Positions 18,623 to 27,449 of a DNA stretch of 57,453 nucleotides are shown in pieces. Where the stretch lies: assembly GCA_026394655.1 (NCBI GenBank), contig JAPKXU010000184.1, forward strand, positions 1-57,453, in the 5' to 3' direction. Under the pieces are notes generated by a model that had not been told where the DNA came from, ran no database searches, and worked only from the letters and a program-made list of their open reading frames with translations. The stretch comes from Methanoregula sp. GTDB lineage: Archaea; Halobacteriota; Methanomicrobia; Methanomicrobiales; Methanospirillaceae. Positions within the stretch are counted from its first letter, which is position 1. Each line of letters opens with the position of its first letter. The position numbers and the translations under genes were made by a program.

Positions 18623-18904
18623 ATGGCTGACGAGAATACTGCTGAAGCAGATATGCTGAAATGGGCAAAAGGACTTGCACAGAAGCACGGCTGGATGCTC
18701 AACCCTGACGAGAAACAGATGCATACGGTCATCCGGGGGCTCGTCCGGAACAAGGAGAAGTTCGGGAGACCCTACTGTCCCTGCCGGCTCCGGAGTGGCG
18801 ATGAGGAGAAGGACCGGTCGATCGAATGCCCGTGCGTCTACCACCGGGATGAGATCGAGCATGACGGTCAGTGCCACTGTCATCTTTATTTCAAGAAAGT
18901 TTGA
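18623..18904 (+). CDS. Ferredoxin-thioredoxin reductase catalytic subunit-like protein
   Basis: YCPCR, IECPCVY and CHCHLY motifs. Confidence 0.92.
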   Translation: MADENTAEADMLKWAKGLAQKHGWMLNPDEKQMHTVIRGLVRNKEKFGRPYCPCRLRSGDEEKDRSIECPCVYHRDEIEHDGQCHCHLYFKKV

Positions 18905-18940
18905 TCCGGAAAATCCCGATTTTTTTTCAAACGCCCGGCG

Positions 18941-19492
18941 ATGCATCCCCCACGCTCATCCCTAGTCCCGGAACGCTGTAACGGGCTCGACCCGGTCATG
19001 GGTGATTCCCCGGAAGTCCTCATTCTCGGCAGTTTCCCGAGCCGGCAGTCGCTTCTGCGATCCGAGTACTACGGGAATCCCCGGAACCACTTCTGGCAGA
19101 TCATCGAGGTGCTCTTCGCGATCGATCGCCACCTCCTCTACACAAGCCGGGTGGAACAGCTCTGCCTGCACCATGTCGCGCTCTGGGATGTTATCCACTC
19201 CTGCTGCCGTGAAGGGAGCGCAGACGACCGCATACGGGAGCCGGTCGTAAATGATATCAACGGGCTTCTCGCCCTGCATCCCTCCGTGCGCCTGATCGCG
19301 CTGAACGGGACGGCGGCGGAACGATGCTATACCCGCCACCACCTCCGAAATCCGGTATCTCTCCCGGTGCCTGCCCTGCTGCTGCCATCCACGAGCCCGG
19401 CAAACGCGCGGTACTCGTTTGAGGCGAAGTGCCGGTGCTGGGAAGTGATCCGGACATGGAACGACCTAGCATTCTCGGCTACTATAGAATAA
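18941..19492 (+). CDS. DNA-deoxyinosine glycosylase (UDG family 6-like)
   Basis: LILGSFPS..YYGNPRNHFW, ALWDV, GSADDRI, LPSTSPANAR. Confidence 0.88.
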   Translation: MHPPRSSLVPERCNGLDPVMGDSPEVLILGSFPSRQSLLRSEYYGNPRNHFWQIIEVLFAIDRHLLYTSRVEQLCLHHVALWDVIHSCCREGSADDRIREPVVNDINGLLALHPSVRLIALNGTAAERCYTRHHLRNPVSLPVPALLLPSTSPANARYSFEAKCRCWEVIRTWNDLAFSATIE

Positions 19493-19500
19493 CTACAAAA

Positions 19501-19518
19501 ACTACTACTACTACTACT
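19501..19518. repeat. (ACT)6 microsatellite between convergent genes
   Basis: actactactactactact read directly. Confidence 0.85.
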
Positions 19519-19539
19519 GCGATTTCACAAAATCGTTAA

Positions 19540-20796
19540 TCATCCAATATTCGACCGCATAACAACACTATCTTCGATTGTTACATCCCCGCTGCATTTG
19601 CCATCAGCATTGCAGAAATTCATGAGATTGGATCTCTGCACAACAGAATCCTTGATAGTGATATTGAAAATTTTCTGGACGTTTTCTCTCTTTGATACTT
19701 CTTTGGTGATGTGACGGTTTATCTCGGCGAGGAGACCGGTCAGGTCTTTTGGATCGTAACTGAATGCAGTGATTTCAACCATATCCATATCTTTCACGAT
19801 ACCGAGTTTGATCACCATATCCTTCTGCGTAACTTTGGTCTTTCCATAATACCAAGACTCAAAATTTTTGGCACGTCTGAGCGTACTGATATGCCGGATA
19901 TCATGGGTCTGGATTACTCCTTGGAAGATTTTTAATTGAGTCGGTGCATCAAGAGTTCTTGGGACTGAAAATATTTTTGTGTCTCGTGACGGAAGGGATT
20001 CGATGAGTTGTTTGAGTGATCCGATATTCACCGGTTCTTTTGTTTCGAAAATTGGACAAACAACCTGAATACGGAGAGGTTCCATGTCAAGCGATCCCGG
20101 CTTTCCTTTTGCGTTCTTATACCGGATGTGGCAATTTACATCAGTTCCCTCTCTTGCGCATATGATTGGTTCAAGGTAGAGACTCACCGTTCTGTCATTG
20201 TGGGGATTAATATTTCCAAGAATAATTCTCTCATTTTCTGAAAGATATTCTTCCGGTTCATGCCGTTCCAAGTAAAGAATTGCACGATCAACATCGGGTT
20301 CTAAAATGACATCGTGAATGGTGAATGGAGTTGGATTTTTTACGGAGATTTTTACACGTATGTACCCGGCGTAGAATTCATACGCACGGATTACCTGAGG
20401 TGGCTGAATTAATCTGGAATTTGATGGAAGTGATATCGGATTAGATTGAGTATCCCTTATTTTACTATTTTGGACGTGTTCGATAGGTTTTGAGGATAAT
20501 ATATTCACTAAAAGAGTGGGGTAATCTTGCGATATTCCGTACTTACCCGAATCTGAAGATTTTGCCTCATTAAATTGAGTCCACAATCCATCAGGCCAAT
20601 TTACAGGAGTCGTATACTCCAGAATGAATTTGAGTACTGCATAATTAATACCTGAAGGAGTGATACCTGTCTTACTTCTGTATTTGAAGGCTTCTTTATT
20701 TTGTAATGCGACGGCTCTGATTTCCCCAATTTTGACTGATGTGCAGGGTTTCTTAGCCTGCATCCACAATGCATAGAGAATATCCTTATTTGACAC
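19540..20796 (-). CDS. AT-rich hypothetical protein (possible Ig-like + platform appendage fold with C-terminal DSVV.RSN repeat)
   Basis: 418-aa ORF, visibly AT-richer than its flanks; the fold is an inference. Confidence 0.75.
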   Translation of the reverse strand: MSNKDILYALWMQAKKPCTSVKIGEIRAVALQNKEAFKYRSKTGITPSGINYAVLKFILEYTTPVNWPDGLWTQFNEAKSSDSGKYGISQDYPTLLVNILSSKPIEHVQNSKIRDTQSNPISLPSNSRLIQPPQVIRAYEFYAGYIRVKISVKNPTPFTIHDVILEPDVDRAILYLERHEPEEYLSENERIILGNINPHNDRTVSLYLEPIICAREGTDVNCHIRYKNAKGKPGSLDMEPLRIQVVCPIFETKEPVNIGSLKQLIESLPSRDTKIFSVPRTLDAPTQLKIFQGVIQTHDIRHISTLRRAKNFESWYYGKTKVTQKDMVIKLGIVKDMDMVEITAFSYDPKDLTGLLAEINRHITKEVSKRENVQKIFNITIKDSVVQRSNLMNFCNADGKCSGDVTIEDSVVMRSNIG

Positions 20797-20869
20797 GATA
20801 TCCGTATTTTAATTTCGATGGATATTATATCCTTTGTATCATTTTCAGGCACGTAGATGTTCAGAATTT

Positions 20870-20976
20870 CTATTTTTTTAGTCCAAGCGCAAATTCCCGA
20901 TTTTCAGCAACTCGGTATCATTTGGGTTAATCCCAATCGTCTTATCAAACGAGGCGACCGCTTCTGCATGCCATCT
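20870..20976 (-). pseudogene. TPR gene C-terminal remnant
   Basis: HAEAVASFDKTIGINPND then, after a frameshift, ENREFALGLKK*; no start codon context. Confidence 0.4.
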
Positions 20977-21042
20977 AAACTATTTTCGCATTACTCATCA
21001 GTCGTCTGTGTAATTTCATATAAAAAAAGGGAATATCCGGTT

Positions 21043-22701
21043 TTAGCGCTCAAGTCGGAACTTGAGGAAGATCACATGGTAGATTGCATAGAACCCGCAG
21101 AGCAGGGCGGCAGTATACCCAAGCACCGCCACCCACATGATCTGGGGCGGCAGGGTCAGGGGAGACGTAAGGAGGACGAGCGATGACCCGACAACAAGCG
21201 CCGCCACCACAAGCCCGATCATGATCTTGTCGCTCGCCCGGTCCAACGCCATCTGGAGTTTCTGGAGATCGGTATCAACTACTTCGAGCCGGATCGTGCC
21301 GGTGGAGAGGCGCTTTAACATCAGGTTGAAGTTTCGGGGGAGATCGAACAGACCATCGACAGCCTCCATCATGGAGTTGGATGCCCGCTTGACGTACGCA
21401 GCGGAGAGGGTGTTCGTGTCGGCAAGCTTCCGCAGGTAAGGGGTGATCTCATCGCCGAAGTTGAACTTCGGGTCGAGCCGGACACCGATATCGAGCACCA
21501 TCATGAAGACTTTTAAGAGGAGCATCAGGCTCATCGGCACTTTGAGGTTGTAGCGCCGCATCGCTTCCGTGAGTTCACTCACTACGAGATGGAAGCTGAA
21601 CTGCGAGACACTGTCACCTCCGCCGAAATCGTGCATCATGATGTAGAGGTCGTCCCGGAGCGCCTCCCGGCTAACCTCGTCAATGACGATCCCGAACCCT
21701 TCAAGGGACTTCAACATCATCTCGATATCGTCAGTCGTCAGGGCAAAGAGCAGGTTGATGAAGAGCTGCCGTTTCTCGGGGCGCAATATCCCGACAATCC
21801 CGAAGTCTAAAAAGACCACAGTTCCTTCCTTTGTGACGAACAGGTTACCCGGGTGCGGGTCTCCGTGGAAGAAGCCGTCCTCAAAGATCATCTTCAGGTA
21901 CGCATTAAAACCGCAGACACCAATCGCGTGCGGGTCAACTCCCATCGCCGTGATCGACTCCACATCGTCTATGCGGACACCTTCGATAAATTCCATCACG
22001 AGAAGGTGAGAGGAGGTAAAGTCCCAGTAGATCTTCGGGAAATGGACGCCGGGCACATCGCGGAAGTTGCGTGCCATGCGGTCAGCATTCCGACCGTCAC
22101 GGGTGAAGTCGAGTTCCTTTCGGATCTGGTGGGCAAAGTCCTCTACCATGCCGGTCGGGTTATAGATGCGGGTCTCAGGGAAGACTGCTTCGATCCGTTC
22201 CGCCATGGACTTCAGGATGTTGAGATCGTTTTCTATGATCTCCTCGATGCCCGGGCGCTGTACTTTCAAGGCAACATAGGTGCCATCCTTCAAGATTGCG
22301 CGATGTACCTGCCCAATGGAGGCAGACGCGACCGGGGTTTCTTCAATCTCGGTAAACCAGTCGTCGATATTGGGGCAGGTCTGGTGGATCACCGAGAGCA
22401 CGTCAGAGAACGGCAGCGGCTTGGCATGGTCCTGCAGTTTCTTTAACTCCTCAATCATCTCGGGCGGCAGGAGCTCGGTCCTCGTGCTCATGATCTGCCC
22501 GAATTTCACGAAAGTCGGACCGAGTTCCTCCAGAGCCAGCCGTACCCGCTCGTAGGTGGTGGATGTCTCCGATGCTGCACCTGATGCGGTTGGCAGGCGG
22601 AAACGCAGCCTGCTGGGGAATATCTTCTCAAGGACGATGCCAAAACCGTACTTCCCAAGAATATCAATTATCTGCGCATACCGCCTTATACGCGTGACCA
22701 T
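21043..22701 (-). CDS. AarF/UbiB (ABC1) family atypical kinase
   Basis: LEELGPTFVKFGQ, ASASIGQVH, VALKVQRP, FFHGDPHPGN, FLDFG. Confidence 0.95.
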   Translation of the reverse strand: MVTRIRRYAQIIDILGKYGFGIVLEKIFPSRLRFRLPTASGAASETSTTYERVRLALEELGPTFVKFGQIMSTRTELLPPEMIEELKKLQDHAKPLPFSDVLSVIHQTCPNIDDWFTEIEETPVASASIGQVHRAILKDGTYVALKVQRPGIEEIIENDLNILKSMAERIEAVFPETRIYNPTGMVEDFAHQIRKELDFTRDGRNADRMARNFRDVPGVHFPKIYWDFTSSHLLVMEFIEGVRIDDVESITAMGVDPHAIGVCGFNAYLKMIFEDGFFHGDPHPGNLFVTKEGTVVFLDFGIVGILRPEKRQLFINLLFALTTDDIEMMLKSLEGFGIVIDEVSREALRDDLYIMMHDFGGGDSVSQFSFHLVVSELTEAMRRYNLKVPMSLMLLLKVFMMVLDIGVRLDPKFNFGDEITPYLRKLADTNTLSAAYVKRASNSMMEAVDGLFDLPRNFNLMLKRLSTGTIRLEVVDTDLQKLQMALDRASDKIMIGLVVAALVVGSSLVLLTSPLTLPPQIMWVAVLGYTAALLCGFYAIYHVIFLKFRLER

Positions 22702-22962
22702 GGATACTGATTGGATTCCGTTATACTTAACACTGGCTTTAATATGAGAACGGATTCAGCCGTTTTCAAGCACGGAGTTTTTCGGGCAGTGGGGGGTTCA
22801 CCGTGAGGATAGTTGAGAACGTCTCTCGCCGTTATTCTACCCGCGTGTCTGAACTGGTGTTGGTTCACCGGGGTGGTTTAATAAATACAGGTCCGGGTTG
22901 TTTTCATGCTGCTGTATGTTGTATTACGGAGGGGATCGCGAACAGTTGGGGTTCCTGTGGAA

Positions 22963-24273
22963 TTACCGGGATGCTGGCATGCCATCTTTAGAGAATACCA
23001 CGATACGGTTCGTGTTCGTCCCCGCGGTCATGTTGTCAACCCCCCAGATGTTTGAGGTTTTGGTGAACTTCTGCTGGTTGAGGAGGATCGCGGTGCAGGA
23101 GAACCCGGCAGCGCACCCGAAGGGGACGACCTGTTCTTCCAGCCGGACAGTCCTGTTGCGCACTTCCCCAACTTCGAATGCAACTGATCCCCCCGGTGCC
23201 GTGATCCGGTAGAGCTCAGAAAAGACCGCGCCCATCACGGATTCCCATTCCCTGAGGCTGTGTGCCACCGTGATCTGTCTCCCGATAGCCTCCTCGTCCA
23301 GACCGTTAAACCAGCACCGGAGCCAGTTGTCCTGCCGGTACTGGACAATGTCAAGAAACGGGGGCGAGGTGACGGTGAGCCGGACGATTCCATCCGGAAT
23401 GTGGGGGGTTGCCCGTGCGTCACCGGTGAAGAACTGTGCAGTTTGCCCCGCATGGTTCAGGTTCTCCCACTCTTGTGGCGTGAGCCGGGAGAGGAGGGTT
23501 CCGGTCTTCTTTATGATGATACGGTGGGTGTCCCGGTATGCCGGGCTTTGGTTGCGTTTTGCGTTGATCCGCCGTTGGCTTTCCTGTGAAACTGCCTGGT
23601 TCGGGGGAAGCGTATAGACCGAGAAGAACCCGGTAGAGTGCCCGGTGAGCCGGTTGGTCGCCACCATCGCGATCCAGCGGTCGATCGAGTCTAGTTTACC
23701 CGTCTCTCTCCGCTCCAGCAGGTAATCCCTCAGTGCGACGATCTCCTTCTCGGTTTGGGGATCGTAGAACATGGAGAGATCGATCTCTGCTTTCTCTCCC
23801 TCCGTGGGGATGGTCTTTAAGCGCTCTGCAACCTCACCCGTTGATGGGGGAAAAAAACGGGGGCAGGTCAGGATCTTTGAGAGCGGGTTTGCATCATTTG
23901 CGATCACGCGCCGGGCGGAGAGTCCGGCTTGGATCACAGTCGTTCCCCGCCCGGAGAACGGGTCATAGACCACGTCGCCCGGTGCTGTCAGGCGCTCGAT
24001 GAAGAATCCCGGAAGCTGTGGTTTGAAGCAGGCACGGTACGAGACCTCGTGGATCGAGGCAGCCTGTCGTTGCTGCGCCGTCCAGTAATCGTTTGTGTAC
24101 CGAGGGACAACAAGCGTGCCAAAGACCGCCGTATCGACGTGCGTAGGCTGACCGGCGGGACCGGTGAAGAAGACAAGGCATTCAGAAAGCGGTGGGGATC
24201 CCGGTGCCGTCGGGATGCTCCCGAACTCGTCTATCGACATTTGCAGTGTATCCGGTGTTCCCCTCTGCCGCAT
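22963..24273 (-). CDS. Orphan amino (N4C/N6A) DNA methyltransferase
   Basis: Motif I VYDPFSGRGTT and motif IV VTSPPF; start uncertain. Confidence 0.87.
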   Translation of the reverse strand: MRQRGTPDTLQMSIDEFGSIPTAPGSPPLSECLVFFTGPAGQPTHVDTAVFGTLVVPRYTNDYWTAQQRQAASIHEVSYRACFKPQLPGFFIERLTAPGDVVYDPFSGRGTTVIQAGLSARRVIANDANPLSKILTCPRFFPPSTGEVAERLKTIPTEGEKAEIDLSMFYDPQTEKEIVALRDYLLERRETGKLDSIDRWIAMVATNRLTGHSTGFFSVYTLPPNQAVSQESQRRINAKRNQSPAYRDTHRIIIKKTGTLLSRLTPQEWENLNHAGQTAQFFTGDARATPHIPDGIVRLTVTSPPFLDIVQYRQDNWLRCWFNGLDEEAIGRQITVAHSLREWESVMGAVFSELYRITAPGGSVAFEVGEVRNRTVRLEEQVVPFGCAAGFSCTAILLNQQKFTKTSNIWGVDNMTAGTNTNRIVVFSKDGMPASR

Positions 24274-24310
24274 TATCTCAACTGTCGTAGTCCGGCAATA
24301 ATAAACCGAG

Positions 24311-24838
24311 CTATTCCATAACCAGACTCAGCGCCGGGTGGTACCGCACCATGCCGTTTACCCCGTCAAGCGCACCAGGAACAAGGGGCAGCGCCATGAG
24401 CGCGTCATCCGGGCAGGAGAATGTCACATCGATGCCCCGGCGGCGGGCTGAAACAAACCCGAACTGCGGGTAATACTTCGGGTGACCAACGACGATGATG
24501 ATCCGGTGCCCGAACCGTCGGCAGGCTTCAAGTCCCTCCTCGATAAGTGCCGAACCGATTCCTAGGCACTGGAACATGGGATCGACAGCGAGAACCGCAA
24601 GCGCGAGTGCGGGAACAGTCCCGTTCCGGGACTCGATGGTGATCGGCGGGAAGAGGATATGCCCGATGATCCGGTCCCCGTGCACAGCGACGAGCGAGAG
24701 CGCCATGTTGAAGTTCCTCTCTGCCCGCAGGGTATCGACGAGCCGTCCCTCTTCATCCTCCCCGAATGCCTGGATATGAACATCAAAGATGTGCTGTCGG
24801 TCAGCCGGGATTTCGGGGCGGATAAAATAAGAGTCCAT
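24311..24838 (-). CDS. GNAT N-acetyltransferase (YhbS-like)
   Basis: IIGHILF, LAVDPMFQCLGIGSALI, VVGHPKYYPQFGF. Confidence 0.92.
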   Translation of the reverse strand: MDSYFIRPEIPADRQHIFDVHIQAFGEDEEGRLVDTLRAERNFNMALSLVAVHGDRIIGHILFPPITIESRNGTVPALALAVLAVDPMFQCLGIGSALIEEGLEACRRFGHRIIIVVGHPKYYPQFGFVSARRRGIDVTFSCPDDALMALPLVPGALDGVNGMVRYHPALSLVME

Positions 24839-25192
24839 CCTCCACTCTTGGGCAGGGCAGGGTAAATAGGGACGGGTTCAGGCAGGCACTGGTGGTAGTT
24901 GCCACGCAGCTTCTTTATGGAGATCTATTTGGGTTATAGGAGCCTTCCTCGAAAGATTGTGGTAGTTCTCGGGATGCGTTAAATCTGATACAACCGGGTT
25001 TTTGACCGGTATTGCTGTACTGGAGACGAGATGCGTCCAATTGAGTAAGAGATCAGAACGACACGGTTTGCATGATGCACCTGCAACCAATATCGGGGGC
25101 ATCGTTTGGGATCCCCTGTAGTTGGTGTCGCCTTCATACGCAGTCAGTTCGTCGCGTGAGTGACGGTGTTGTTTATATGGTTAATTACTCCT

Positions 25193-25843
25193 TTAAGGTA
25201 AGTTCCTCTCTTTAGGTACTTCGATGGAGAGTGTGACATTCACGTAATTGCCGGAGGCGCGGATCGTGTAATTTCCCCGCGTCATCACATCAATGTTCTT
25301 TGGCGACTGGAGCCCGTACGACAGCCCGTACCCGTCGTCAACCACCACCATGCCAGTGTCATCATTGGTTACCGTGATTTTGAATACTGCCTCCTCATAG
25401 GGGTGAGTGAGATTGATAATATCATGGTAATCGGTGGATATTAGTTTATAATCATGAGGTATCTCATCAGTGATATTCATTGCCACAACATCGAAATCGA
25501 TGATGAGCGGAGGATTGACCAGATTCAGAAATATCGGGGGCATCGATGTGTCTAAACGCGCGTTCTGCATGTAAAAAATATTTGCATTACCTTTTCGTGC
25601 AGGAACCGGTGTCGGTGCAGGAGTGGGGGTTTTGGTTATTACCGGAGTGGCAATGGTGCTTGTTGTTGATACAGCAGATACATTCGTTTTGTTCATATCC
25701 AGATTCGATCCTGCTGTTGTGACGAGAGAGTTTAAAGAGCCGGTGTGATCTCTGTCTGAAACCAGAGAGAACATTACCGTGGTGTTAATAATGAGGATAA
25801 GAATTATCATTCCATTAAGAATATCCTGATATTGTTCATCCAT
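25193..25843 (-). CDS. Hypothetical membrane-anchored extracellular protein
   Basis: N-terminal TM, Thr/Pro stalk, beta-rich C-terminal domain. Confidence 0.7.
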   Translation of the reverse strand: MDEQYQDILNGMIILILIINTTVMFSLVSDRDHTGSLNSLVTTAGSNLDMNKTNVSAVSTTSTIATPVITKTPTPAPTPVPARKGNANIFYMQNARLDTSMPPIFLNLVNPPLIIDFDVVAMNITDEIPHDYKLISTDYHDIINLTHPYEEAVFKITVTNDDTGMVVVDDGYGLSYGLQSPKNIDVMTRGNYTIRASGNYVNVTLSIEVPKERNLP

Positions 25844-26112
25844 GCGTAAAGGATCATGAATTTTATTGTTACTTAAGTGTTATGAGGTGAAAGGATACGA
25901 ATGTCATGTTTAAATTTCAGACTCTTTGAGAGATCCTGTCCACAGAAAGATCAATATGGTTCACTGGAACCTGATGATAGTGATTCAATCAAAAGTATTG
26001 AATACGTCTATTGGGGATATATCAATCGAAATTCCCCGGTAATGAGTGCTTTGACGTGAAACCCCTCCACCAACCAGAGTATGTATTACTGTTCACAGGC
26101 AAGCTTTCCGGG

Positions 26113-27009
26113 ATGAATGCGACCATCCGGGCTTATATCGATCTTCTTCGTCTCCAGTTCTTCTTCGCGTGGATTGTCCTCTTCTCTTCCGGTTACCTTC
26201 TGGCGACTATGGTCTATCCCGGTTTTTCAACTTGGGGACTCATCAGGGTGGCACTGATCGCGTTCTTCGGTTTTGAAGCCGGACTCGTATTAAACGATTA
26301 CGTGGACCGGGACTATGATAAAACAGATGTCGAACCCGGGAAACTGACGAGATACTGGCGGGCATTCGGGACACGCCCTCTTCCCCTTGGGCTAATCGCA
26401 CCCCGGTCAGCACTCGCCCTCTTCGTTGCGCTTGCGGGGATCACGACGCTCCTCATCCTGACACTCCCGTACCCGAACTCCCTGTACGTGCTTGTCCTCA
26501 TGGTCTGCTGTTATGCGCTCGAAGTCTTTTACCAGGTAAAAAAACGGCACCAGACGTTCCCGGTCGCTCAACTTATCGGGCGTATGGACTTTGCCCTTTT
26601 CCCGGTCGCCGGGTACCTCTGCCTCGGCAGCCCGGATACAAATGCACTCCTGTACTTCCTCTTCTTCTATCCCTTTGCTCTCGCACATCTTGGGGTGAAT
26701 GACGCGATTGATATCGGGAATGACCGTGCGCGGGGAATGAATACACCGGCGACACTGTATGGACTGTCCGGGACTGTGGTCTGGATTGCTGCATTCACCG
26801 TCATCCATGTGGCAATGGCGATCGTCTTTGCGTTCCGGCTCGGTTGGATCGCCCGCGCCGGTTTCGTGATTGGGCTTGTGTTACTGGCGGGAGCGAATGT
26901 AGTGATCTTAAAGAACAAAACTCCGGATGCAGCGCTGAAGATGCTCCCGCTGTTCCATATTACGATGCTCATTTACGCGGGGTCGATCGCGCTGGATTCA
27001 GTGATTTAA
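26113..27009 (+). CDS. UbiA family prenyltransferase
   Basis: NDYVDRDYD and NDAIDIGND Asp-rich motifs, RPLPLG, multiple TMs. Confidence 0.9.
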   Translation: MNATIRAYIDLLRLQFFFAWIVLFSSGYLLATMVYPGFSTWGLIRVALIAFFGFEAGLVLNDYVDRDYDKTDVEPGKLTRYWRAFGTRPLPLGLIAPRSALALFVALAGITTLLILTLPYPNSLYVLVLMVCCYALEVFYQVKKRHQTFPVAQLIGRMDFALFPVAGYLCLGSPDTNALLYFLFFYPFALAHLGVNDAIDIGNDRARGMNTPATLYGLSGTVVWIAAFTVIHVAMAIVFAFRLGWIARAGFVIGLVLLAGANVVILKNKTPDAALKMLPLFHITMLIYAGSIALDSVI

Positions 27010-27083
27010 ACCGATACACGTGCGCAGCATGGTATCATCATTTCCCTAATAAGCGCCAAGCTCAGTGATTGTGAGGAATATCC

Positions 27084-27374
27084 ATGGGTGTCTTCCGGTA
27101 CGAGAACAAGTATGCAGCGCCGACAAAAGAGCAGCGGGAACGGTACATGAAAGGGGAAAGCGAGGAGCACCTCTTTGGACCGGACAACCAGATCATGCTG
27201 ATTCTGTACAACGAAGCAGCGTATCTCAAGGACGATATCGACAATGTACGCATCCTCTTCACCGGCATCCGGGACAAGCAGAAGGCAGTGGATGAGGTGC
27301 GGAGACTTATTGAGTATCACGAGACGAAGGAGAACCGCGAGAGCGGTTTTACCACCGGGAACGATGCCCGGTAG
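27084..27374 (+). CDS. Small hypothetical protein
   Basis: 96-aa ORF with natural composition. Confidence 0.65.
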   Translation: MGVFRYENKYAAPTKEQRERYMKGESEEHLFGPDNQIMLILYNEAAYLKDDIDNVRILFTGIRDKQKAVDEVRRLIEYHETKENRESGFTTGNDAR

Positions 27375-27449
27375 GGGTGGGGGTCAATAGAGAGAACGGG
27401 GCAGTATGGGTGTCACTCCACGCTCCTATTAGTTCCTCTTTAAACCGTC

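Noticed and set aside
25089-25544. 16-bp direct repeat AATATCGGGGGCATCG (25089 and 25529)
   Set aside because: About one such match is expected by chance in 57 kb; no associated structure.
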